Assembly (NCBI GenBank): GCA_965243495.1 | Contig: CBDEUZ010000007.1 | Span: forward strand, 154,450-218,449 | DNA from: Dehalococcoidia bacterium | GTDB taxonomy: Bacteria; Chloroflexota; Dehalococcoidia; UBA6926 | Direction of reading: 5' to 3' | Length of the DNA: 64,000 nucleotides | Part shown: in pieces, positions 37,278 to 47,634 of the stretch | Position numbering within the stretch: the first letter of the stretch is position 1 | Layout: each line of letters begins with the position of its first letter | Position numbers and translations under genes: made by a program | The notes under the pieces: generated by a model | Databases searched by the model: none | Seen by the model: the letters and a program-made list of their open reading frames with translations, nothing else | What the model was told of the DNA's origin: nothing

Positions 37278-38495
37278 ATGGCCGACTTTGAACTGATCAA
37301 GAGCCTCGCCCGCAAGACGGACACAAAGGTCGTCCTGCTTGTCATGGACGGCTTGGGTGGCATTCCACACCCAAAGACACTGCGCACCGAACTGGAGGTT
37401 GCCGAGAAGGATAATCTCGATCGCCTCGCGCGCTCCTCACAGACCGGCCTGTCCATCCCCGTCGCGCACGGCATCACGCCCGGCAGTGGACCTGGCCACC
37501 TTGCCCTCTTCGGGTATGACCCCATCAAGTACCTCATCGGCCGTGGCATCCTTGAAGCTCTTGGGTTGGACATGGATGTCCGCGACGGAGACGTTGCCGC
37601 CCGAGGAAACTTCTGCACCATCGGCGAAGACGGCACCATTACCGACCGCCGCGCCGGGCGCATCGCAACCGATCTCAACCGTGAGCTGACCGAGCAGCTG
37701 AATGCCATCTCCGTCGAAAATGCGCAGCCCATCATCGCCTCGGGCCGCGAGCATCGCTTTGCCCTGCTTTTTCGACCGGAGGACGGAGGCCCCCAGCTCA
37801 GCGATGCCCTGACGGACAGTGACCCCCAAAGAGAAGGTTTGGCTCCCTTAGCGGTCACCCCAACTGAGCCATGGGCGGATAACACCGCCAACATTGTGAA
37901 TTCCTTCCTTAGGGCTGCAATGTCCGTTATTGCCGACGCCCACCCCGCAAACGGCCTTGTTCTACGCGGTTTTGCGACAATACCGGACCTCCCGCAAATG
38001 TCGGACGTTTACGCCCTGAATCCTGCCGCAATCGCCGCCTATCCAATGTACCGGGGCCTCGCGCAGCTGGTGGGCATGAACGTCGTGCCAACCGGCGAAA
38101 CATTCGAAGACGAAATCCAAACCGCCCGAGACATCTGGGACGATCACGACTTCTTTTTCATCCACTACAAGTACACGGACAGCACCGGCGAGGACGGCGA
38201 CTACGATGCTAAGGTAGCCGCCATCGAGCAGCTGGATCGCGCCCTGCCCGCCCTGCTGGACCTGGATCCTGATGTGTTGATCGTGGCGGGGGATCATTCA
38301 ACTCCCAGCGCCATGGCCGCCCACAGCTGGCACCCGGTTCCCGTGATGATTCGGTCGCGGCACATTGCTGCCGGCTTTTCGGAGGCGTTCACGGAACGGG
38401 AATGCGCGAAGGGAATGCTGGGAACCATGGCGGCAACAGACATCATGCCGATAGCCCTCGCAAATGCCGGGAAACTGGACAAATTCGGCGCTTAG
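37278..38495 (+). CDS. apgM: 2,3-bisphosphoglycerate-independent phosphoglycerate mutase, archaeal type
   Basis: 405 aa with ..VVLLVMDGLGG.. N-terminus and ..LIVAGDHSTPS.. metal-binding region characteristic of ApgM-type iPGM. Confidence 0.85.
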   Translation: MADFELIKSLARKTDTKVVLLVMDGLGGIPHPKTLRTELEVAEKDNLDRLARSSQTGLSIPVAHGITPGSGPGHLALFGYDPIKYLIGRGILEALGLDMDVRDGDVAARGNFCTIGEDGTITDRRAGRIATDLNRELTEQLNAISVENAQPIIASGREHRFALLFRPEDGGPQLSDALTDSDPQREGLAPLAVTPTEPWADNTANIVNSFLRAAMSVIADAHPANGLVLRGFATIPDLPQMSDVYALNPAAIAAYPMYRGLAQLVGMNVVPTGETFEDEIQTARDIWDDHDFFFIHYKYTDSTGEDGDYDAKVAAIEQLDRALPALLDLDPDVLIVAGDHSTPSAMAAHSWHPVPVMIRSRHIAAGFSEAFTERECAKGMLGTMAATDIMPIALANAGKLDKFGA

Positions 38496-38521
38496 AGACC
38501 CTGCATTGTGAAAAAGTGAAC

Positions 38522-39292
38522 ATGACATCTGAACGCAGGCCGCTGATTGCCGGCAATTGGAAAATGAACACGACGCTGGCAGAGGCGCGAATACTTGCCT
38601 ACAACATCGTTCATATGGTTGGCGTTCCCAAGGACGTTGACGTGGCCGTGTGCCCGCCCTTCGTTTCCCTACCCATCGTTGCCGAGGCATTGCGTGGATC
38701 ACCAGTTGCGCTTGGCGCGCAGAACCTGTATCCGGCAGAGTCAGGCGCCTACACGGGAGAGGTTGCGCCCAACATGCTGCAAGGATTGTGCCGTTACGTG
38801 ATTGTTGGACACTCCGAGCGCCGCGCCTATTTCGCTGAGGCTGACGAATTCGTCAATGCAAAGGTTCGCACGGCCCTTGAATACGACCTCACTCCAATCA
38901 TGTGCGTCGGCGAAACCCTACAACAGCGAGAGGCGGGCGAAACGGAAGACGTCCTCAGGACACAAACATCCGGTGGTTTGGCTGACGTGGACGATGTACC
39001 GGCAGTTGTCATCGCCTACGAACCCGTGTGGGCTATCGGCACCGGTGTGGCTGCGACGCCCGACGATGCGCGCGAGGGAATCGCCGTCATCCGCAACACA
39101 GTTGCCGAGGCGCATGGGCAAGACACAGCTGACTCCGTCCGCATCCTGTACGGCGGCTCCATGAACCCGCAGAACGTTGCATCACTGCTTGAACAATCGG
39201 GCATTGACGGTGGGCTGATCGGCGGCGCGGCGCTCAACGCAGAGCAGTTCGTTGCACTCGTGCGGGCGGCGGAAGAACACGAGCGCGAATAA
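38522..39292 (+). CDS. tpiA: triose-phosphate isomerase
   Basis: MTSERRPLIAGNWKMN.., ..VGHSERR.., ..AYEPVWAIGTG.. The ORF track start at 38402 is an upstream extension. Confidence 0.9.
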   Translation: MTSERRPLIAGNWKMNTTLAEARILAYNIVHMVGVPKDVDVAVCPPFVSLPIVAEALRGSPVALGAQNLYPAESGAYTGEVAPNMLQGLCRYVIVGHSERRAYFAEADEFVNAKVRTALEYDLTPIMCVGETLQQREAGETEDVLRTQTSGGLADVDDVPAVVIAYEPVWAIGTGVAATPDDAREGIAVIRNTVAEAHGQDTADSVRILYGGSMNPQNVASLLEQSGIDGGLIGGAALNAEQFVALVRAAEEHERE

Positions 39293-39315
39293 CCCTTGCT
39301 CCATCCCAATTCCAG

Positions 39316-39344
39316 TTAGAACAGTCCGTTCCGTTGTCTATACT
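39316..39344 (+). promoter_or_regulatory. Putative sigma-70-type promoter for the Gfo/Idh/MocA gene
   Basis: TTAGAA - 17 nt - TATACT in an unusually AT-rich spacer about 100 nt upstream of ATG 39451. Confidence 0.3.
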
Positions 39345-39450
39345 GAACGCAGGCAAATTGCATAGCCAAACAACATCCATAGCAACCTGACTCACTACTA
39401 CTGCCACATCGTTCTTAGAGAGCAGTCATTTCCAGGAGGAAAGCATCAGC

Positions 39451-40452
39451 ATGTCCACAGGATCCACTCTTCGTATCGGCCTCGTTGGCGCAGGTCGATT
39501 CTCTCAGCGGCGTGTCGTTCCGGAACTCGCAAAGGTTCCGGGGATTGAGTTCGTAGCTGTCGCGAATAACAGCGCCGAGTCCACTGCTCGTGTCGCCGAG
39601 CAATTCAACGTTGCCACACAAGCATCCTCCTGGCAGGACGTTGTTTCCTCGCCGGATGTGGATCTTGTCTTCAACGGGACCCAGGCGCCGCAGCATCGCG
39701 ATATCCTGCTTGGCGCACTGGAGAACGATAAACATCTGCTCACAATGAACCCGCTGGCCATGACAGGCGCGGAGGGACGTGAAATCGTGGCGGCGCTTGA
39801 GGCACGTCCGCAGCTAAAGGCGCGGCAATATCCGGCATTTCCCGGCGGCCCATATGACCGTGAAGATGCGCTTGTCCTGCGGCTTCTGTCTGAGGGGCGC
39901 ATCGGACGCGTTTTGAGCGCGGAGATGCAGTGGCACACACCCTTCCTCGCCTTCGGCAGCTACTTTGACATCCTGAATCGATGGCTTGGACGGCACCGCC
40001 GTTTGCTGGTCGTTCGCAAGCAGCACGAGGTGGATAACCGGCGCGTCGGATTCTCAGCCATCGTGGCCGAACTCGATGATGACGTTGCCGTGCGGTATTT
40101 GCATGACAACCTCGCGCCGAAAGCCACACACAATGCCCACATCGCCCTGCACGGCGAGGAGGGCTCCATCATTATTGAGGGTTATCCTGCCGACCCTTTC
40201 TCGTCTGTACGGATCGCTTCAGGCGACGGCGAGGCTGAGGTCGTGCCGGTGCCGGACGACCTACGGCAGGCGTATGAAGATGAACGACGCGTCAATATCG
40301 AGGAGCAGTTCCTTGGATGGGTGACGGGCGGCGCCGAACCGACTCCACTCCTCCTGACCTTACAGGAGGGCCTGCAATCCATTGACGCGGCGGAGGCGTT
40401 TGTCTCCTCAATGCGGCAGGGCGGCGCGTGGGTGGAGCTGCCACAAGACTAG
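39451..40452 (+). CDS. Gfo/Idh/MocA family oxidoreductase
   Basis: N-terminal Rossmann LRIGLVGAGRFSQRRVVPEL. 333 aa. RBS AGGAGGA. Confidence 0.85.
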   Translation: MSTGSTLRIGLVGAGRFSQRRVVPELAKVPGIEFVAVANNSAESTARVAEQFNVATQASSWQDVVSSPDVDLVFNGTQAPQHRDILLGALENDKHLLTMNPLAMTGAEGREIVAALEARPQLKARQYPAFPGGPYDREDALVLRLLSEGRIGRVLSAEMQWHTPFLAFGSYFDILNRWLGRHRRLLVVRKQHEVDNRRVGFSAIVAELDDDVAVRYLHDNLAPKATHNAHIALHGEEGSIIIEGYPADPFSSVRIASGDGEAEVVPVPDDLRQAYEDERRVNIEEQFLGWVTGGAEPTPLLLTLQEGLQSIDAAEAFVSSMRQGGAWVELPQD

Positions 40453-40496
40453 GTTCCCCCGCATCGCGCGCCATCAAGCAAAGTCAGATCTCAGCC

Positions 40497-41414
40497 ATGG
40501 GCACACCAGTCATTGCGCTTGTCGGGGCAACGGCGGTTGGAAAGTCGGCCGTCGCAGTAGAACTTGCTCGACGCATTGGCGGAGAAATCATCAACGCGGA
40601 TAGCCGACAGGTCTACCGTGGCATGGCAATCGGTACAGGCGTGCCGCCTGAGGATGAACGGGGCGACGTGCCACACCATCTCTATGGCATATCTGAGCCC
40701 GATGACGACTTTTCATTGGGGCGGTTTCTCACTGCCGCCACGTGCGCCATACAGGACATCCTTGAGCGGGAAAAGACACCAATCGTCGTGGGCGGCACCG
40801 GCCAATACGTGTGGGCTCTCCTTGAAGGATGGAACGTTCCTGAGGTGGCTCCAAACCCGGACTTGCGGCAGGAGTTGATGGAGCGCGCCGAAGCCGAAGG
40901 GCGAGACGCCCTGCACGAGGAACTCCGCCGTCTTGATCCTGCCGCCGCCGAACTCATCCACCCTAACAATCTGATCCGCACTGTGCGCGCGCTGGAAGTT
41001 GTCGTGACGACTGGCCGCCCTTTCTCCGAGCAGCGGACCCAGACTGTCCCGCCTTGGAACACACACATCAGCGGAGTCAGCATGGAGCGCGCGGCGCTGG
41101 ACGCCCGCATAGAACAGCGCATCGACCACCAGTTGCAGGACGGCTGGGGCGACGAGGTCAAAAATCTCCTGGAGCAGGGCTACTCACCGTCGCTGTCGTC
41201 TTTCCGCAGCATCGGCTACAGGGAGATCTCTGCGCATCTTGAAGGTCGCATGCCGTTTGAAGAAATGCGGCAAGCCATCATTAACAAGACACGTCGATTC
41301 GCCCGAACACAATTCGCGTGGTTCCGTCATGATGACGAACGCATCACATGGATCGATGCAAGCGAGGACTCAAGACAAATGGCGGAACAGATACAGGCTA
41401 CGCTGGGACTATGA
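40497..41414 (+). CDS. miaA: tRNA dimethylallyltransferase
   Basis: P-loop VIALVGATAVGKSAVAVELA, ..INADSRQVYRGMAIGT.. The longest ORF starts at 40428, overlapping the upstream gene. Confidence 0.85.
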   Translation: MGTPVIALVGATAVGKSAVAVELARRIGGEIINADSRQVYRGMAIGTGVPPEDERGDVPHHLYGISEPDDDFSLGRFLTAATCAIQDILEREKTPIVVGGTGQYVWALLEGWNVPEVAPNPDLRQELMERAEAEGRDALHEELRRLDPAAAELIHPNNLIRTVRALEVVVTTGRPFSEQRTQTVPPWNTHISGVSMERAALDARIEQRIDHQLQDGWGDEVKNLLEQGYSPSLSSFRSIGYREISAHLEGRMPFEEMRQAIINKTRRFARTQFAWFRHDDERITWIDASEDSRQMAEQIQATLGL

Positions 41415-41439
41415 CAGCGGACAACGGTATACTTGGCGC

Positions 41440-42315
41440 ATGAACTTCACAAAGATGCACGGTACAGGCAACGACTTCATTGTTGTCGAAGGCGGTTCTG
41501 CTGAGGCCGATTCCACGAATTGGCCGAAGGTCGCGCGGGAGGCGTGCAGCCGCCGATTCGGCGTGGGCGCGGACGGAATCCTTGTCATTCGCCCCTCAGA
41601 TGACGCCGCCCTGCGCATGCAAATCTTCAACCCGGACGGCTCCGAGGCGGAGATGTGCGGCAACGGCATCCGCTGCGTCACCAAATACGCCATCGAGCGC
41701 GGTGTTGTCGACAGCTCGGCGCTCCGCAACGAGGCCGGTCTGCCAATCGAGACCCTTGGCGGGCTGATGACTGTTTGGCCACAGAACGGAAGCGTGGGCG
41801 GAGCCATCGAGGCCGTTCGCGTCGGAATGGGCGCGCCGATACTTCAACCCCGTGAAATCCCCGTCGCCGTGGATGGTCCGGGACCTGTACAGGGCCACGC
41901 GCTAGAGATAGGCGGCTATGCCCTGAACCTTTCCTTTGTTTCCATGGGGAATCCCCACGCCGTCGCATTCATCGACACGCCGGTTGCGGACTTCCCGCTC
42001 GAGACCATCGGGCCGATGGTGGAGAATCACTCCCTGTTCCCAGAGCGCGTCAACTTTGAGATTGTCAATGTCCAGTCTCGCGAAGAGATAACCATGCGTG
42101 TGTGGGAGCGTGGCGCGGGCCTCACCATGGCGTGCGGCACAGGCGCTTGCGCCACGGTTGTCGCGGCGCGTATCGCCGGTTTCGTGGATGATTGCGTGTC
42201 AGTGGAGTTGCCGGGTGGATCGCTCACCATCGAGTGGGACGGCAACCCGGACAGCCAGGTCTACATGACCGGCCCCGCCACAACGGTCTACGCCGGCCAG
42301 TTGCTCACGAGCTAG
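41440..42315 (+). CDS. dapF: diaminopimelate epimerase
   Basis: MNFTKMHGTGNDFIVV.., active-site Cys motifs ..EMCGNGIRC.. and ..MACGTGACA.. The ORF track start at 41239 overlaps miaA. Confidence 0.85.
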   Translation: MNFTKMHGTGNDFIVVEGGSAEADSTNWPKVAREACSRRFGVGADGILVIRPSDDAALRMQIFNPDGSEAEMCGNGIRCVTKYAIERGVVDSSALRNEAGLPIETLGGLMTVWPQNGSVGGAIEAVRVGMGAPILQPREIPVAVDGPGPVQGHALEIGGYALNLSFVSMGNPHAVAFIDTPVADFPLETIGPMVENHSLFPERVNFEIVNVQSREEITMRVWERGAGLTMACGTGACATVVAARIAGFVDDCVSVELPGGSLTIEWDGNPDSQVYMTGPATTVYAGQLLTS

Positions 42316-43588
42316 AGCGCTCTCCGGTTCCGGTTTCGGCGGTAGTTCCTGATTCGACGTACGTTTGCCGGAGGCGGGCAGGTAGCTGCGGCCGCTTCAT
42401 CGTCATATACATGTACAGCGAGATAATGGCCATCATCCCGAGCGCGAAGAATGCCCAACGGTAGCCGTCAGCGCCGAATTCGTCATACATGAAACCGGCG
42501 AAGACGGGAGCAAAGATCCCTCCGAGCGCCGTGAAAGTAAATTGAAGTCCTAGCAACTGCCCGTACACCTGGCGTCCAAAGAGTTCGCCCAGGAGAGCAG
42601 ACCGCGGCGGGTTGCCGAGGCCGAACCCGAATCCAAAGAACACTGCAAAGAGCACGGCGGTAATCGGATCCCGCGCCAGGAAGAGCAGCACTGCGCCGAT
42701 TATCTGCATCGTGAACGAGATCGAGACAATCTTACGCTTGTCATACATATCGGCAAGAATGCCGCCCAGGATACGAGCCGGGAAACTGGAGAGCGGGAGG
42801 AGTGTCACTAGAAACGTGACCCACCCTGTAGAAAAACCAAACGACTCCCACAACACAAACTGGTGAATGATGAACGAGCCGAAGAAGATGAACCCGAAAA
42901 TGTTCGCCACAACGTACTTCCAGTACGTCGTCGTTCTAATCGCTTCCTTTACCGTGAACGTCGTATCGGAGTAGCGCTCGTCCGTGTCCATTTCCGCGTG
43001 TCGAGCGGCCTCCTCATCGCTCATGCCATCCGGCCTCAGCCCGTACTTCTCGGGAGCGTCACGCATCATGAGGCCGAGCGGCAGCCCGACGACAAACGTC
43101 GCTATCCCGAGATAGAACAGCGCATCTCTCCACGCGAAGAGGGCGATCAGGCCCACGACGAGCGGCACAATCAGGGCACTCACTCCCGCTCCGTAGGACA
43201 CGATGGCCATGGCAGTGCCACGCCGACGGATGAACCAGGCGTTGACGGCGGTGTTGACGGTAAGGAAGGAGCCGAATGCGAGGCCAAGGGCCATCACTGC
43301 AAAGGCCGCAAAGAATTGCCAGAGCTCCTGCACGAAACTCAACCCAATGAATCCACAGCCGAGAATAAACATCCCGCCAAGGACGGACTTTCTGGGCCCA
43401 AATCGATCGACGACGTATCCAACCAGGGGCCCGAAGATGCCCTGCTCCATGCGCTGAAACGCAAAGGCGATGGAGGCCACGCCCGCCGGCCACCCAAACT
43501 CGTCAAGAATTTCCGCAAAGAACGGCGAGAAGCCGTAGAAGAACACACCGGCTGTGTAAAAGAGGACGCCGAAACTGGCAATCGCCAA
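42305..43588 (-). CDS. MFS transporter (OFA-like)
   Basis: 12 TM with MFS motifs; N-terminal region similar to the four upstream paralogs. Confidence 0.8.
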   Translation of the reverse strand: MAIASFGVLFYTAGVFFYGFSPFFAEILDEFGWPAGVASIAFAFQRMEQGIFGPLVGYVVDRFGPRKSVLGGMFILGCGFIGLSFVQELWQFFAAFAVMALGLAFGSFLTVNTAVNAWFIRRRGTAMAIVSYGAGVSALIVPLVVGLIALFAWRDALFYLGIATFVVGLPLGLMMRDAPEKYGLRPDGMSDEEAARHAEMDTDERYSDTTFTVKEAIRTTTYWKYVVANIFGFIFFGSFIIHQFVLWESFGFSTGWVTFLVTLLPLSSFPARILGGILADMYDKRKIVSISFTMQIIGAVLLFLARDPITAVLFAVFFGFGFGLGNPPRSALLGELFGRQVYGQLLGLQFTFTALGGIFAPVFAGFMYDEFGADGYRWAFFALGMMAIISLYMYMTMKRPQLPARLRQTYVESGTTAETGTGERSSS

Positions 43589-43745
43589 CCACCAGCCGTA
43601 GAAAACGCGGTTGGGGTGGATCAGAACCGATAATGCAGCGTTTACGGCGACCTCCCAACAAAAACCAAAGCCCGCGAACGGGCGGATTGAATAAGTATAG
43701 CCCCGCTACGCTATCGGGCGGGCATTTCCTATGTAACCAGTCTGA

Positions 43746-45044
43746 CTATGGGGATGCCGGTGGCGGCGCAGTGGATTGCCTCGGCCGAGTAACGGTTAGT
43801 GTCAACGGTACCGAAAGACTCAGAATCGCGGCTACAATTACGAACCCGATCACGTAGCTGTCCGTCTGATCGTAGAGCCAGCCGATAGCAACGGGCGACA
43901 AGATGGCCGGTAGCGAGGCCAGACCCTGTTGGATACCGGCTACACGTCCGAATATTGCGAGTCCCCAATATTCGGCTTGGAGCGCCAGCCGTACCGATGA
44001 TTGTGAGCCGATGGCGCTCCCCAGGAGAAATCCAGCGAGTATCGTCAGCCACGGAATGGTAGACAAGGGTATTAGCACAATTGCGATCCCCTGCACGGTA
44101 ATTCCGATTGCAAGCACCACTCGCTTGTCCACATAGTCGGCTATCGTCCCGGCGATGACGCGGATGGGAATGCTGGAAGCTGTTTGCCAAGCGAACATGA
44201 AGGCGATGAATTCTTTGGAGAATCCATTCTTCTGCAGGATGAGCGCCTCATACGTGACGATTGCCCAGGACCCTCCCAACAACGCGCTCGCGATGACGTA
44301 CTGCCAATAACCCCGGCTGCGAAGCACATCCCGCAGTGTGAAGTTGGCTTCCGGCAAAACGTTCGCGCGAGACGACGGCGCGGTTTGGTTCTCGGGAGCT
44401 TCGCCGCCGTCAGGTTCCATCCCATAGTCCTGCGGCCTGTTGCGGATGAGGGGAATCAGGAGCATCCCGACAACCCAGAACCCCACACCCGCGCCAAACA
44501 AGACAGACCGCCATCCAAACTCTGGGATTATCCAGGCCCACACCCCTGCCAGCAGCCCGGACATGCCCGGCCCAACAATCATGATGCCGTTGGCACGTCC
44601 TCGAAATCGCCTAAACCATGCGTTGATCGCCGCAGCCGTGACGATGAACGACCCCGCGCTCAAACCGAACGCAAAGACGATGAAGACACCGTAGTACTGC
44701 CAAATATTGTTGACCTGGCTCATCAGCATGCAGCCGCCACCGGACACGAAGTAGCCGACTATCAGAATCTTGCGAGCGCCATATCGATCGACCAGGTAAC
44801 CGGTCAAGGGAGCTGTGATGCCGGATTCAAGCCGTTGTAACGAGGGGCCAATGCCTGCCAGCGCTTGCGACCATCCAAAGTGCGTCACCATCGCCGCGAA
44901 GAAGTTTGAGAAGCCCCAGAAGCCGATGCCGTCTGTGTAGGCGGCGAGGCCCGTGCCCGACAGCGTCACCCACCAGCCGTAGAAAACCTGCCGCGGATGT
45001 CTGGCGAACATCCACGCCGTCATAACGGTTTTCTGGGTCCTCAT
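43746..45044 (-). CDS. MFS transporter (OFA-like), tandem paralog 1
   Basis: MRTQKTVMTAWMFARHPRQVFYGWWVTLSGTGLAAYTDGIGFWGFSNFFAAMV.. is near-identical at the N-terminus to the next gene upstream. Confidence 0.8.
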   Translation of the reverse strand: MRTQKTVMTAWMFARHPRQVFYGWWVTLSGTGLAAYTDGIGFWGFSNFFAAMVTHFGWSQALAGIGPSLQRLESGITAPLTGYLVDRYGARKILIVGYFVSGGGCMLMSQVNNIWQYYGVFIVFAFGLSAGSFIVTAAAINAWFRRFRGRANGIMIVGPGMSGLLAGVWAWIIPEFGWRSVLFGAGVGFWVVGMLLIPLIRNRPQDYGMEPDGGEAPENQTAPSSRANVLPEANFTLRDVLRSRGYWQYVIASALLGGSWAIVTYEALILQKNGFSKEFIAFMFAWQTASSIPIRVIAGTIADYVDKRVVLAIGITVQGIAIVLIPLSTIPWLTILAGFLLGSAIGSQSSVRLALQAEYWGLAIFGRVAGIQQGLASLPAILSPVAIGWLYDQTDSYVIGFVIVAAILSLSVPLTLTVTRPRQSTAPPPASP

Positions 45045-46342
45045 GTCCTGGCAAGCCTCGTTCCATCAGCGGTGCTGCTCTTCGGGCGTGTCATCGTGAG
45101 CGTCAACGGAACGGAGATGCTCAGAACCGCAGCAACAATCATGAATCCAACAAGGTAGCTGCCCGTCTCGTCGTAGAGCCAGCCGATGGCGAACGGCGCA
45201 ATGATGGACGGTATGGACGCCAGTCCCTGCTGAATGCCAACGACACGCCCAAAGATTGCCAGGCCCCAATACTCAGCTTGTAAAGCAAGCCTCACAGATG
45301 ACTGTGAACCGATCGCGCTGCCCAGCAAGAACCCCGCTATCATCGCGATCCACAGTTCAGTCGCCAGAGGGAACAGCACAATAGCTACACCCTGCACGAT
45401 GATGGCAACGGCAAGGACAACGCGCTTGTCTATGTAGTCGGCGACTGTGCCTGCAACCACACGGATCGGAATACTGGAGGAGGTCTGCCAGATGAAAACG
45501 AGTGCAATTGCCCTGTCCGTTAAGCCATTCTCACTCAGCATCAGAGCCTCGAACGTGATGACCGACCAGGACGCGCCGAGCAGTGAACTAGCGATTACGA
45601 ACTGCCAGTATCCCCGGCTTCGTAGCACATCCCGCAGGGCATAGTTGGCATCAGGCAGTACGCTGCTGCGGGCAGTCGGAGCGGTCTCACTTTCGGGCGC
45701 CGGGCCGCCGTCCGGTTCCATCCCATAGTTCTCCGGCCTGTTGCGAATCAGGGGAATCAAAGCCATACCGACGATCCAGAATCCGATACCGGCGGCAAAC
45801 AGCACCGTGCGCCAACCGAATTCCGGTATCACCAGCGCCCAGAATCCAGACAACACTCCCGACAGTCCCGGTCCCACAAGCATGATGCCGTTCGCGCGTC
45901 CCCGATAACGACGGAACCATGCATTGATCGCCGCCGACGTCACAGTGAAAGCGCCCGCGCTGAGACCGAACGCAAGAATGATGAATGAACCATAGTATTG
46001 CCACAGGTTTTCGATCTGGCTCATCAGGATGCAGCCGCACCCCGCCGCGATGTAGCCGATAACCAGCACCTTTCGAGCTCCGTAGCGATCCACCATCGCG
46101 CCGGTGATTGGCGCGGCAATGCCGGATTCAAGCCGATGCAGGGACGGACCGATAGCCGCGATGGCTTGAGGCCAGCCGAAATGGCGGACTATTGCCGCAA
46201 AGAAATTGGTGAATCCCCAGAAGCCGATGCCGTCCGTGTAGGCGGCGAGACCGGTTCCCGCCAGCGTTACCCACCAGCCGTAGAAGACCTGCCGCGGATG
46301 CCGCGCGAACATCCACGCCGTCATAACGACCATTTCGGTTCT
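45041..46342 (-). CDS. MFS transporter (OFA-like), tandem paralog 2
   Basis: (V)RTEMVVMTAWMFARHPRQVFYGWWVTLAGTGLAAYTDGIGFWGFTNFFAAIV.. GTG start at 46342 or ATG at 46333; the longest ORF extends to 46609. Confidence 0.8.
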   Translation of the reverse strand, partial: RTEMVVMTAWMFARHPRQVFYGWWVTLAGTGLAAYTDGIGFWGFTNFFAAIVRHFGWPQAIAAIGPSLHRLESGIAAPITGAMVDRYGARKVLVIGYIAAGCGCILMSQIENLWQYYGSFIILAFGLSAGAFTVTSAAINAWFRRYRGRANGIMLVGPGLSGVLSGFWALVIPEFGWRTVLFAAGIGFWIVGMALIPLIRNRPENYGMEPDGGPAPESETAPTARSSVLPDANYALRDVLRSRGYWQFVIASSLLGASWSVITFEALMLSENGLTDRAIALVFIWQTSSSIPIRVVAGTVADYIDKRVVLAVAIIVQGVAIVLFPLATELWIAMIAGFLLGSAIGSQSSVRLALQAEYWGLAIFGRVVGIQQGLASIPSIIAPFAIGWLYDETGSYLVGFMIVAAVLSISVPLTLTMTRPKSSTADGTRLART

Positions 46343-47634
46343 CACGCGGCGAGTCTCACAGTATCGGCAGCGCCTCTCTGTGGGCGGGTCATGAGAAGAA
46401 CCATGATTACGGCTAGAGCAAGCGGAATCACGACGGTCATAAACGCTATGCGGTAATCGTAAACATCCGCGAGCCAGCCGACCAGCACGGGTGAGATCAA
46501 ACCGCCCACCGCCCCTGCCCCAACCTGCAAACCCATCAGCGAGCCGAATATGCCACGGCCCCAATAGTCGCCTTGTAATGACAGCCGCGCCGCGTTGCTG
46601 CCTCCCCACCCCGTGCCATAGATGATCTCAAAGATGATTGCCACCCAGATGTTGGCGATGAAGATGAACAGAATGCCCCCTGCAAGCTGGAAGCTCAGCA
46701 TCGTTGCGACCACTAACTTCTTGTTGAACCTGTCCGCGAGCGCGCCGGAGAAGAAACGCATCGGGATGCTGGCGACGGTGAACACAACGACCATCGCACC
46801 GGCTGTTTCCATGGAGAAGCCGTAGCTGACAAGCGCAGGGATGTGGTGGACGACCATCGCAGTGATGGCCACCTGCTGCATGGAGAGAGCGCCGACATAG
46901 AGCAAGTATGACCGACTCAGCAGGATGGAGCGCACCGCTCCGGGCGACGGTTCAGGCTCAGCCGCCTCTCCGGCCTGACCTGATTCCGAGTCGGCTGTTT
47001 CCGGTGGATCACCATCCATACGCAAGCCGTAGTGCTCCGGCCGTCTCCTCAGAACCATCGCAAGCGGGATGCACGTTATCCATGTGCCAATTCCCGTGAA
47101 CAGGGCGGCGTCGCGCCAGCCATACTCGCGTATCAGCACGACCAGCAGCGCCGTCATGATGCCCCCAAAGCCCGGCCCGATGAAGGTCAGGCCCAGCGCC
47201 TTGCCGCGATTGCGCAGGAACCAGTTGCTGATTGCCGTCGCCACCATGACGTAGGATGTTGCGCCCATGCCGCTGCCGATGAGAACGAACGCGACATAGT
47301 ATTGCCACGCATGCTCAACTTGGCTCAGGACAATGAATCCCGTCCCGCCGCTGAACATCGCTACGGCCGTGACAAAGCGAGGCCCTAACCGGTCCGTAAG
47401 GGCGCCAATCGTTGGACTCAAAATCGCCGTGAACACTGCCATCATCGCGGGTCCGCGTGAGACCTGCTCACGCGTCCAGTTGAGATCGAGGCGGATGCTG
47501 TCAAAGAACGCGCTGAACCCAAAGAAACTGACGCCCGTCGTATAGAACATCAGGTACATGCCGGACAGCGCCATCCACCACCCATAGAAAAGGCGTGGAC
47601 GACGCCGGCGCGGGGTTGAGACACCGGCACTCAT
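46342..47634 (-). CDS. MFS transporter (OFA-like)
   Basis: ..RLFYGWWMALSGMYLMFYTTGVSFFGFSAFF.. 12 TM. Confidence 0.8.
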   Translation of the reverse strand: MSAGVSTPRRRRPRLFYGWWMALSGMYLMFYTTGVSFFGFSAFFDSIRLDLNWTREQVSRGPAMMAVFTAILSPTIGALTDRLGPRFVTAVAMFSGGTGFIVLSQVEHAWQYYVAFVLIGSGMGATSYVMVATAISNWFLRNRGKALGLTFIGPGFGGIMTALLVVLIREYGWRDAALFTGIGTWITCIPLAMVLRRRPEHYGLRMDGDPPETADSESGQAGEAAEPEPSPGAVRSILLSRSYLLYVGALSMQQVAITAMVVHHIPALVSYGFSMETAGAMVVVFTVASIPMRFFSGALADRFNKKLVVATMLSFQLAGGILFIFIANIWVAIIFEIIYGTGWGGSNAARLSLQGDYWGRGIFGSLMGLQVGAGAVGGLISPVLVGWLADVYDYRIAFMTVVIPLALAVIMVLLMTRPQRGAADTVRLAA